From NCBI GenBank assembly GCA_026023565.1, contig JAPETS010000004.1, positions 620,001 to 684,000 of the forward strand: a stretch of 64,000 bases of DNA. Reading direction: 5' to 3'. Both the position numbers and the translations under genes were made by a program. The notes beneath the pieces were generated by a model. The model had not been told where the DNA came from. It did not search any database and saw nothing but the letters and a program-made list of their open reading frames with translations. Positions 24,683-36,005 of this stretch are shown piece after piece (position 1 is the first letter of the stretch; each line of letters begins with the position of its first letter). The DNA is from Cirrosporium novae-zelandiae (taxonomy: Eukaryota).

Positions 24683-25829
24683 CTTTGTGAAGGTCTAAGG
24701 GTGAAATTGTATCTTGATACTGAAGAATATGCTTAAAGTAAAAAGGTTATAGGTTAGAGCTAACCGGAATATAGTGGCACTGAACTGCTTTATAAAACGA
24801 GTTCGATTCCTATCTCCCTCATAATCAGAAACAACAAGACTTGCCATCTTATCCAATGGCCTTAGTGAACTGATAATGTGCCGCTTTCGAGATTTGTATA
24901 GGTCCTTCCTATCTAGGATGATACGTTCAGAATATTCACCATGCTCTCGCCACTTCGTTCCTGTTGGATTCTTACGTAACTGCTCTACTCAGACCGCGTT
25001 TTAAATGTGCGGATAGTGGCTGAGTTCATCGCTTTCTTGCCACCTCGTGGGTCCTGATAGCTCTTCATGAATTGATATGGATGGGATCACAGCACTGTTT
25101 AGGGTATAGTTGCCACTACCCCTGGTAGTAATACCATCTATTATTATATCACACCGCTCGACATCACTCCCGTGCCTATAATCTAGTGAGCGTGTGCCAC
25201 TTTGCGGCTCGGACCGTCCGGGGATCCAGAGAAAGCTTCCTGGACATGTTAACCTTTTATTGAATCCCGCTTATATCTGCGTGGTTTCATGTACGGATAT
25301 TCTATGGTTGCAAATCCCAAAGGCTTGCTTATCCACTTTTATAACCTCTTCTGCTGACGTTATGAGCCTTAACTATAAGCAAGTAGTGATTGGAGGTGCT
25401 CCGCTCCACTCGATAGCTTTATCTGTTTACCCGCCAGTTTTTGCATGCATCTAAACGTTAAGTCCGGAGATGTGATGATCATTGTGATCAGGTCGGCGAA
25501 TTCACAATCACCAACTAATTCAATGTATTGGTTGATAAATTTCATCACATCTCATTTTGTAATTTCAAACTCTTCATGCCGTGCAGCAGACAGAGAAATG
25601 CCCTTTGTATTCACACCTCTTTTATTTTCTCGATCGGAAGACCTAAATTCATTCTCCCTCGGGGAGCATCCTATAGCATAGGTTCTGGGGAGACTTGTTG
25701 AGTGGCTTTACGAAGGGCGCAGTCAGCCAAGCTTTTACATATAGTCAGATCTATAATGAAAGTTGCCTCTAGTTTACCGCCTCCCTGAGACAATCATAGA
25801 CTAAGGCTTACATCCTACTATTCACGACA

Positions 25830-27200
25830 CGTGCAGCGACTCCGATGGTTGAAATTTGCAGTGCTCGAACTCGGCTAGAGAAAAGAACAGGAAGAAGGTT
25901 TTCTTTGACTCAGAGGCTCTGATTATTGGGTAAGAACTTTGATTTCCGAATTACAGTAAGCTATACCAATATTTAGCACGATGTTTACTTTTACTCGCTT
26001 TCAGCCTTATTTACGTACCAAATCATACAACTGCCTGCTCTTTTTAGGTAGCTAGATATCAGGAAATAGGGCTCGGCTCTCATCCGATAGGCGTGATTCT
26101 CAGCATTTGACAATAGTCAATAGGAGAAAGAGATGCCACAACACAGATCACCCGCCAACTTGCGGTGGCTCAAAGATCCTTTCTAGATCGCAATCGACTC
26201 TATCGTAGGTCTGCGTAATTCCGATGCCATTGCATTAGTAAACGCCAATGGCTACCACCTTGGGTCCAAACTACGTGGGCATCTAAATAAATGAATTATC
26301 TTGGGTTGAGCATAAAAGATGCTCTATTGCTTAGAGAGAAATTTAATCCCTAAGTTCTTAGAAATAGAAAGCTATGCACGTTGATTTTCTACAATTTTAA
26401 AATCCAACGTGTCATAGAATCTCTGCGAGTTCGCAATCGTGGCGAGGAGATTTTCCATGTCTTTATGCATGGCATCGCTGGAGAACCATGGCATAGCCTT
26501 TGGATAACGGATTACCTTTGTTTCAAGGCCAAAAGCGAGAAGGTATTCAGTTAGGACAAGATAAACGAAGATCTCGAAGCCCGCATCACTGAGAATGATG
26601 TTGATGTGCCGCTCGATTTTATTAGCTGTCAAAGCAACACCGAGAACGTCGTAGGCGGCCGAGAGGTCATTAGTAATGATGTCATCTTTACTCACTTTGC
26701 TTCCCCCTAATCTCTGCGATTTTTACCTATCCTCGATAGTCAAGAAGGTCAATAGGGAGAGATCGGTTGCATTCCCCCAGAGGCCGGTCTCGCACATCTC
26801 GATAAAGAGTAACTCCTCGGCCTCTTTGGTCTTGCTGTCTTTTTTTAAATCCACTTGAAGTTTCAAGTTTCCTGCACGAAAGATTTGTACTCTTGAGCTA
26901 ATTTACAAATAGCTGGCCTTGACAAACAAAATGCGAACATCTTTTAGAAGGTAAAATATCATAATCTGGAAAGAGGAAGAGATGTATGAATATGGTGATT
27001 TTTTTGATGCGTTAGACGAGCACTGACAAGGAAGGAATGAGACGATACAGAAATGGTACTTCACATAGGGACACGAGATAACAGACCGTTTTGGGGAGCC
27101 AAGAGCCACGAGTTCCAGGTTATAACTTGCGATATCTGTTCCACCACCTCTAAGGATAGGCCTGTATATGGTTCATTATGATTGAAATCAACTGTCGTAG
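25830..27200 (-). pseudogene. Decayed DUF89/ARMT1-like damage-control phosphatase pseudogene (boundaries approximate)
   Basis: Fragments DIASYNLELVALGSP, ELLFIEMCETGLWGNATDLSLLT, ILSDAGFEIFVYLVL, YPKAMPWFSSD and KGSLSHRKLAGD. Interrupted by in-frame stops and frameshifts; the DNAGFE and KGDLNYRKL motifs are degraded. Confidence 0.82.
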
Positions 27201-28675
27201 GAGCCCTACGTCGAATATATATCTCCCAGACCATAATAGTGCTTCATCTCGAGCAGTAATATACTCCAAAAAATATTCTAGGGTATGATAAGGAACTGTC
27301 ATCAGCGGTTAGTATTTTGTTTTGTTACAAATGTAAGGGGTCAGTGCATCAATATGGATAACAACCCCAGAGCTCCTCCTGTCTGCTATCCTCCTGCCTT
27401 GGAATAAACAGTATACTCGTGAAAATGGACCCTGTTATGCCGGATCAGGCGGAATAACCAAATTGTGGTCAGGGCTCGCCAGCGCCTCAATATGGAGACA
27501 GAGAGAGATCATACCAGAAGGGCTTCTTGAAATTTTTATCACAGACTTTCGGAACACGAGAAACACGAAGCGTCGTCGCATACATTTATCTAGAGTGAGT
27601 ATACGGGCACAATAATCGTCGTGGCAATAACCCCTTCCTTGGTAGTCTCTAACTTAATTTGGTTGCCACTAAATAAATAAAAGGGTCTGACCATTTGCCG
27701 GAACAAGGCTGAGGATGTTTTAGCACTCGTCAACATTAATAATAAGCCAACGTTCGAATCGCCCATGAAGACATTAGAAAGAAAGAAAAAACATATTATC
27801 TCAATGGACTTGAGGGGACCGGATAGGTTGGTCAACTACTTTTCTCTCTGCTTCTACAGTATTAATGTGGTGATTTCTAATCTCTAATTTTCTTGGTACC
27901 ATTATCAACCAGAGGGTCGAGAGCGTTTACAAATACGAAATAATTAAGAATTAAGGGTCGCTCGGCTGACTCTCAATGACGTGGAACCGGGCAGTGAGGC
28001 GCTTGGGGGGTTTCCTTGTATGCCACGAAAAGACGCGTTTATATGGTTGACTATTTGTATGCATAAATAAAATTCAGGAGCTTTTACTCCAAAGGTCAGC
28101 AGACAAATAGCCACACAAGGAAAATGCCGAGAGGCCGGTAAGGCGCAGTTGGAGGTGCAATCGGCCCGGAATCCAATTAAAGATTTTGAATCCGATGATC
28201 CGGCAAATATTCCCCGATGCCGTTTGTTTGTTTGATGCACTGACTAACTACTAACGGCCTAGGGTAACAAACAAAGTGATCGTCAACGTCAATGGTAACG
28301 CAAATGTTAATGTAAAAATCTTTCTTCATTTCTTAAATTCAACCTCAGCTTGACAAATCTTATCACATACATCCTATAACCCTGATTTAGCTTGGAGGGG
28401 GACCTCTGGACGCGCACCTATACTTCTAATATAGGTTCTTGCTCCGCCTATCTTCTTTTATATTTTCTTGTGTACTTGTTCTTAGCAGCCATGCTATCGT
28501 TTCGGACATTCAGCTGTTGCGTAAAGCGAGAGGCCTATGCCACCATGGTCGCTACCCCAGCTTTCATTTCTCTTGACTTTATATGGTTGGAACTTGCGCG
28601 AGCTTTCAAGTCTGCTTCTTGAATTCTTTTCTTCATAATGAAAACCCGCTTTACTTTTAACTTCTACAAGTCCCA

Positions 28676-30564
28676 ATGCCACGGATGGCTGCTGAAAACT
28701 GTATGTGCTTGTCTGCTTTTTTCTTCTTCTTTTTTTGCTATATAGATATTGTGTTGATTAACGACGCTTGAGTAGCATGGTAACCCGATTATCTTAACTC
28801 CTGACCCAAGAAAAGGGACTAAAATCAACTTATAGTGCAACATGTCGGAACCGGAAAATCAAATGTAAGCTTCGCCTTCAACTATCCCCTTTTTTTTTTT
28901 GATTTACGTGAGCTTACTCCTGGGACACTACTTTTAGGTGATGGCCAATTACCAGTCTGCCAGAACTGCACGAGGAGGCGATTGAACTGCCAGAGACCAG
29001 ACAAGAGCCTCAGATTTGTTATTCATACGGATCAGCCGCCACCTGAAGTAGGTAGGTTTAATTCTCATTTTGCCGTCAAGAGAATCAGTCAACCAGCTTG
29101 GCCTTGATTAATTCATCAAGTGCACATAAACTATCGAGGCACTGATCATATGTGCAGGACCTAGTGTGGGGAGAAATGTCGAAAGCAGCCTTCATCTTCC
29201 TGAGTCGAGAGAACAGGGCACATGCGATTCGTTGAAGCAAGCTAATGAGCTTGCATTTTCTGTACCCCGAGTCGCTCTCGAGAGCACTGAGATCACTAGT
29301 CTGTTCCGCCATTATATTGACATCCTTGCGCCATGGCATGATCTGAATGATTCTCAAAGGTATTTTAGTACGATTGTGCCAGTGAGAGCGATGGATACGT
29401 CTATTCTTTTCAGAGCCATTATTGCATTTTCCGCATTTCATTGGTACAGAACAACCGGTAAGCTGCAGAATGTTGCAACAGCATTTCACGGGGCCTGCGT
29501 GATAGAGCTGCTTGAAGTGATGAATAGCTCGCTTGAGCCTTCCGGAGATTACCTGGCCTCTACATGTCTGCTTCGGTCATACGAAATCCTCAATGGTATG
29601 AGCGCTTGATGTTAAATGGTCATGGCCACAGCATTCTTACAATTTGACAGGTGACATGAGCGATCAGCAACGCCCCCTCAGCGCTCACACATTTTCCCTG
29701 ACCGATAACGTAAACCTATCAAGATGGGGACTTCATCAAGCACCCACCTGGGCGTATCTCCGCGATGAGATCAATATCGGTCTAGAACGCCGGCGACCCG
29801 TGGGGATAAACACGGATTTTGCAAGCTTCAAAGCGGATGATTATGTGGACGATGACATGAAAGCGAATCTGATGGCATACATTCTAGCGCGGATTATGAA
29901 TTTCTGCTTCCAGGATCATCTGCAGGCGCCTACACAGGAGACGAAAATCAGCTTATGGAGAGACCTCAGAGCGGACTTAACACTCTGGACGCATAGCTTA
30001 CCTGCAACCTTTGATCCGATCTCAACCGCTCCTAAACCCGGAAATTTATTTCCTTCCTATTGGATGCTTCATCCTTGGCATGGTGAGATAATCATCCGGT
30101 TATCCCTGCAGCCCTACCTACTAGCTAACGCATGTACTTGTAGTCAGTGCCTTACAGCATGCCTCTACGGCCGAAATACTTCTAGCCCTCTACGACCCCT
30201 CCTCTCCCTCCGACCCGACTCCCCACTTCGCTCAGCGAGCGGCCTCGGACTTTATCCATAAGCACGTAATGCGAATCTGCGGACTCGCCAGAACCAACGA
30301 TGACGGTGCGTCCCGTGTTAACTCATTCGGACCCTTATCTTTCTGTAAGTAATATCAAGAGCGGTCTAATAGTCCCTCCCTAGAAAGGAGATGAGATAAT
30401 CGGGTTAAATGGCAATGTTAATGTTTTTTGTAGGTGGTCGATACTTGATTGGTGAAGACCATCGGGAGGAATTGGAAACCATGCTTTTCAACTTTGAGCT
30501 TTCATCCGCCTGGCCTGTGAATCCTATCGTCAACGATCTGCGTCAAGCGTGGGCAGGGAACTAG
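28676..30564 (+). CDS. Zn(II)2Cys6 transcription factor with fungal TF domain
   Basis: Exons 28676-28700, 28776-28779, 28836-28864 and 28938 onward give SCATCRNRKIKCDGQLPVCQNCTRRRLNC. Downstream: LFRHYIDILAPWHDLND, LLRSYEIL. Confidence 0.88.
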
Positions 30565-30851
30565 CTTATCAAGGCAAAAAATAAAACAAGCTTTCTGTTT
30601 ATCCATGTATCGTATAGCAAAGGGGGGTGGAAATAATATTTATTAGACAAAGAGCAAAAAAAAAAAAACAATTCAATCCCTAAGGGCAAAAATCCAACTA
30701 GCGTAGATGTTCCTACCACTTCCACTTCCCCACTGGTTAATCAAATAACCTATCCCCATACATAACCCCATAAAAACAATTCCCCCATATACAAAAAAAA
30801 AGAACCAAGCTGATGTTAGAAGCGTATTAGCAAGCAGTAGTAATACACGAC

Positions 30852-31278
30852 ACATATGCTATCTAGAAAGGCAAGCCAATACTCTTCTTAATTGCCTAAC
30901 ACCCAACTAAACCAAAAGTATTAACAAGTAGAGTAGCTACCTAGGTAGGGCAATATACAACAATACACAACAATACACAACAATACACAACAACAATAAC
31001 ACATGTGTTGCAGAAGCATAATGTTCGTTCTTGTGGTCTAAGAATCTAATATACAACTTGCGAGTCACCTGACCAAGGTCATCACTATGAGGGACCAACA
31101 CTCTCCAACAACATGTACAGTACTATACATGTGCTAGTTAGAAAGGCAAGCCAACACACCTCTTAATCACTTTAATTACCTAACACCGTTATATCCGACA
31201 TAACCTGAAGGGGCAACATACGGACAATAAAATGAATTATCATCATCACCTAACACCTATCCAAACTAAGCCAAGGGG
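30852..31278. repeat. Degenerate local direct duplication (30852-30918 vs 31127-31278)
   Basis: Shared core TAGAAAGGCAAGCCAA..TTAATT.CCTAACACC..AACTAA.CCAA. The second copy carries a 60-bp insertion. Confidence 0.8.
31188..31247 (+). mobile_element. 60-bp retroposon-like insertion (LINE 3'-end or ultra-short SINE), copy 1
   Basis: 10-bp TSD ACCTAACACC (31178-31187 and 31248-31257). Hairpin, then AATAAA, then an (ATC)n tail. Confidence 0.75.
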
Positions 31279-31304
31279 ACAAAGGACAAGGGAGGGGCAT
31301 GGGG

Positions 31305-31336
<32 letters not shown>

Positions 31337-32912
31337 CATCCATCCACCTCCTTTCCCCCACTTCCCCGAAAACCGAAAACCGAAAAAGGAAAAGGAAAAA
31401 GGGAATAGAATACGCTGGTTAATAGTTATATTTGATTACTAGATTTGTTCTAAATGTGTGTGATTGGGATGTGGGATTGATAAGTACGAGAGAGAGGGAG
31501 AGAGAGATTAGGAGTAGTAGTAGTAGTAGTAGTAGTAGCGTTATGACTGTAGTAGCAAAGATAATAATGATAATGATGAATAAATGGGGATTAGCGATTG
31601 GAATGAGACTTACCTTCCTCCTCTCCAGCTCCTCTTCTCGACCATCGCCCATGCGCTCTCAATATCTTGACACCAACACCTTCTAGCCCTTAGCCAGTTC
31701 CGCGCTATCAAGCTATCGACCCAAGCCCAGCTTAAACCCAGCTTACTTACCTAGGTACTTAGATATAGACAGTACTCGAAGATCCCTTTCCCTACCTCCC
31801 TCTCTCTTAACTCTTAACCAGCTATTCCATCTTTCTCTCTCCCCCTCCCTCTCCCTCTTCCCTCCCTTTTTTTTCTCTTTTACTTTTTTTTTTGGAAAAT
31901 AAAAATAAAATCACTTGTTATTATTACCGGTAGTAGTGGTGGTGGTAGGTCAGTTATAAAAATGATAATTAAAAATGGAAACAGAATGATTTGGATTTGT
32001 GATCTGTGATCTATGATGGGTAGAGATGTGGTGGATAGAGATATGTAATATGTGGAGTTTTGATATGAGTACCAGTGGAGTGAAGAAGGGTGGGGAACGG
32101 GGGGTGGAAGAAAGAGAGAAGAGTGGAATAGGGAGGAGAGGAGAGAGATAGAATGGAATAAGGGATTATGCTACCTATCTAGGTACCTACCTGGGGATTT
32201 CCGTGCGTGCGTGGGTGCCGTGCGTGCGTGTGTGTCTATACGTGTGTAGGGTGAACCTGAACTCCCCTTCCTCTTCCCATCCCTTCCCCCCCTTTCCTTT
32301 CATCGACTAAAATATAGATATAATTATAGTATACTAGAGAGCTGGGCGAGGTTGGAGAGAGGCTGGCAGTGAAATATTAAAGATTAATGGAGTGTGGGAT
32401 TTCGGGGTGGGTGATTTGATTTGATTTGACCTGAACTGGACTGACTTGACTTAACTTGATGGGGAAGGGGGGGAGGGGGTATATAGAATGAAAGGATATA
32501 TGAATTATGAATTACCTCCGAGGCAGGGGAGGAGGAGAGGGGAAGGAGATTGGTAAACTATTTGCCTACCTACTTGGGTATTTAGGTATGTATGACAGGT
32601 ACTAAGAATTCTGCATCTACATCTAGATACATTCTGCGTACACCCACCCACATACACACACAACCCCCCAAACACAGACACATATATATATATGTCCTAC
32701 CTCTTTCCATTTTTTCTTTCTTTTTTTTCTTTTTTCTCCCCCTTTTCTTTTCCTCTTTTCTCCTTCCCTTTTCTTCTTCATCCATATCCAAGTCCAAATC
32801 CCAGTCGACCCAAGAACCCAAGAAACCAAAACCAAGAACCAAAAAGGTTCAAATAATTTCTATAATTTCTATTATTGGGAAATTGAAATTGAAATTTATG
32901 AGATAGGGATAA

Positions 32913-32974
32913 GGATGGATGGATGGATGGATGGATGGATGGATGGATGGATGGATGGATGGATGGATGGATGG
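32913..32974. repeat. (GGAT)n microsatellite (~15 units) in a simple-repeat-rich non-coding region
   Basis: Directly visible. Confidence 0.95.
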
Positions 32975-34588
32975 GGATTGAGGGATGGGGATTGAGGGAT
33001 TTTCTTTATAAAGTTGGGCAAGGGGAGGAGGGGCCGGGGTTGGATACTGAGGGTTTGGGTTTGGGTTTGGTTATGTGTAGAAGGTGGTTGTAGTTGGGGT
33101 TTGATGGTGGAAGAGTAGCGAGGGGTATTGTGTGTATCTTTCTTTCATTTTTTCTAAAAATAAAAATGAGAAAGAGAGTCAGTGGGAGGGTGAAAACTGT
33201 GTCTATAAAAACGAATATAGATATGGATGGAATAGATGGGGGGTTGGATATTAAAAGAGGCTATTCGCTACTATTGCAGTGAGGAGGGGAAGAATGGGTT
33301 CCTTAACTACTTAAATACCTAGGTATGTATGATTGGTGCTGGAAGTTCTGCATCTGCATACAACCATATATATTTCAGCTAATTTCTTTTTCCTTGTTAT
33401 TGTCCAAGCTCGAATCAAAACAGGAATTTAAATTTTTAATAATTTCCTTGGGGGAAAGCAAGTAGTAGTGTGTTTTCTTTTTAAAAAAAGTGTTGGTCCT
33501 TTGTTCGAAGATGAAAAAGAGAGTGAGTGGGAGGGTGTATATCGTATCTATAAGGAAGGAGATGAATATGGAATGGATGGAATGGATGGAATAGATGAGA
33601 GAGGGGGGAGGGGAAAGGGGTCGGATATTGAAGGAAGTTATCACTTGCCGTTGCTAAGGTTAGGATCATGGAGGTTAGGGCTAAGAGAGTTTTTTGGGTT
33701 TTTTGGTGGAGTTATTTGCTAGTGTTGGTGGATAGAATGATGACGTCTCGTGTACTACGTCAAGGCGAGACCTCTCTCTGATAAAGTAGAGAAGAGATAT
33801 GAGATTTAAGTAGGAGAACTGCAAAAAGAGAGAGGGACAGAGAGCTCTAGGGATATCACTTGTCTCTGACTAACTCCAGGCCGTGTTCGTGGGAACAAAA
33901 CGAAAAATTAGAGGATGTAATATGTCTAATCCTGTACACCGAGTGTATTCTCTGATTATCTCTTTACGCCAAGTAGACTCTCCTAAGTGTTGAGAGATTC
34001 AGATGATTGATAAGGTTGGCCATACGTACGCCATGTTAACCTCGCTCGAATATCACGGGATCTTAGTTTTGAATCTCCTCCGTCCTACTGAACCTTGCCT
34101 TTCTTTTTTTTTCTTTTTTTTTTGCATGAGCCTTGATTAGCGCGAGCATTGGTGGTCTCGAAGGGGATGGGGGATGTGATTTTGGAAGGTCTCTAGCAGC
34201 TTGCATGAATAGTGGATCCCATCGATGGGATATAAACAGCTAATTCTTGTCCCTTCTATACTCTTCTGATATCCAAACTATCATGATATTCTAGGATCGA
34301 TTGATACTGAGCCTGTAGAGCACTGAATTTGAAGCTTAGTCTACCAGTTCGTAGCAAGTCAAATCACATTTTGGAATAATAGAATTGCTGTAAAATTTTC
34401 TGAGAATCCATGATAGCATTGATAGGGGATAAGATAATAATAGTGTGGAGAATGAAAATGCAGCCAAGAAATATTTGTAAAAAGCTTGTTAGACGAGTTT
34501 CACAGCCTTTAAGCGTTCACTTAAGGCTATAATTAATTAGGAAAATTAATTCATTGTTGCATTAGGGATAAACATACTTTTAAACACA

Positions 34589-34999
34589 TCAACGGACGCG
34601 TCCCAACTCAACATCCTTATCATCCCCAGTAATTACCTTCGTCGTCTCCCATACACGGAGCATCTTTCCATTCTCATCCCTTTCTCCCAATAATAGTACT
34701 TCTAACTTTGTCTTGCTGCCATCAACCTTTTCAATCTCAACCGTGTGTCTATCGGCAATACGATTTTCCTCCTGGACCAACAAATTCACTGTTATTTTCC
34801 CAGAGCGCACGATCCCTCGTACCTTGTTAATATGCTCGACAAACTCCTCAAAGTTGCTGTCATGTCCATCAGTGGTTTGGACATAATATGGGCTGAAATA
34901 CTGCGCAATGATGGTGTGGGACTCGGAGGATGTGCCAAAGAATATGGTCTCGAAGAGAGACTGATATTCAGGTATCGAGAATCGTTTAACTAGATCCAT
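34589..34999 (-). CDS. SnoaL/NTF2-like small protein
   Basis: Intronless, 136 aa. YFSPYYVQTTDG..FEEFVEHI..IADRHTV..GKMLRVWETT pattern typical of SnoaL-like folds. Confidence 0.75.
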   Translation of the reverse strand: MDLVKRFSIPEYQSLFETIFFGTSSESHTIIAQYFSPYYVQTTDGHDSNFEEFVEHINKVRGIVRSGKITVNLLVQEENRIADRHTVEIEKVDGSKTKLEVLLLGERDENGKMLRVWETTKVITGDDKDVELGRVR

Positions 35000-36005
35000 T
35001 TCTGATAGACGGCGGGAGGATGTGGAGATAAAGTGAGAATATTTGGTCCAAGGGGAAAATCGAGGCTGAAGGCACTGGCGGTTTCGGGAATTTGAATTTC
35101 GGGGATTACGCCTCGGTAGGTGTCAGATAGGGCAATGGGGTTGAGGGGGGATCCATGGGATGTGGGTCCATGCAAAAAAAAAAAAAAAGCTTTGCGTTAG
35201 AACCCGGGTCCCCACGCAGCTGAACTTGAATTGTTGTTTACTGTGACGCATTTAGTTAGTTAGAGGATTCTAAACCCTTGAATTTCTTGCATTTAGACAG
35301 GCATCGAGATGACGAGTGTTTAGAATGTCTTATCTCTCAAGAATCGATTAGTCAATGGTATGGTAGCTTGTCAATCAGACCATGATGCAGAGAGTATGTA
35401 TTATATAACAATTGTTGACTGCCAGTTGCAATCAGCTTGTTCGAGGCATTGGGCCTAGTCAGGTGTGCCTATGCAAGGTACAGAGCAAGTAACTGTGCAG
35501 ATCAAGGTACTGAGTAGTTTGAGGGTTTTGTCGTTGAACATAAAAGGTGAATGGTCTAATGGATAGTCTAGGATTCGTGGATGAAATAAGTTGCGCCATT
35601 GTTACTCGAAGTAGTCCAATTAACTTTTCACCGGTTCACCTGACTAAGCCATGAGCAGTTCGACTCCTTTCTCACTAAATCATTACCTACTTGGGATATT
35701 TCAAGAGCTCCCCACTACCTGTCCCTCACTGAACAATTCCTTGTACAGAGCGCTAAGATGCTAATAGATGAACCCGATCGAAGGGTATCCTTACGATTCA
35801 AGATCTACTCTCTAGATAATGTAGTCGTGCCAGACATCTCCTGATAACTAAACTCAGGTTATATCATCTCTGATCTCTTGTCATTCAACATGGCCACCAA
35901 AATCACCATCACCACTCTTCCTCCCTATGGACCATGTTGATCGATGCTAGAGGTCTGGTTCTACTGTGTTTTTGATCAATTTTTATTCTTTTCGTTTTTC
36001 TCATA

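Noticed and set aside
24770..24822. GTTCGATTCC B-box-like motif, as a possible tRNA
   Set aside because: T-stem and acceptor stem do not pair, and the A-box spacing is wrong.
31419..33722. Short ORFs from the ORF track in the microsatellite region
   Set aside because: Low-complexity translations of simple repeats with no domain signal.
33737..33869. ATGATGA..CTGA..CTGA, as a possible C/D snoRNA
   Set aside because: No terminal stem and no recognisable rRNA-antisense guide.
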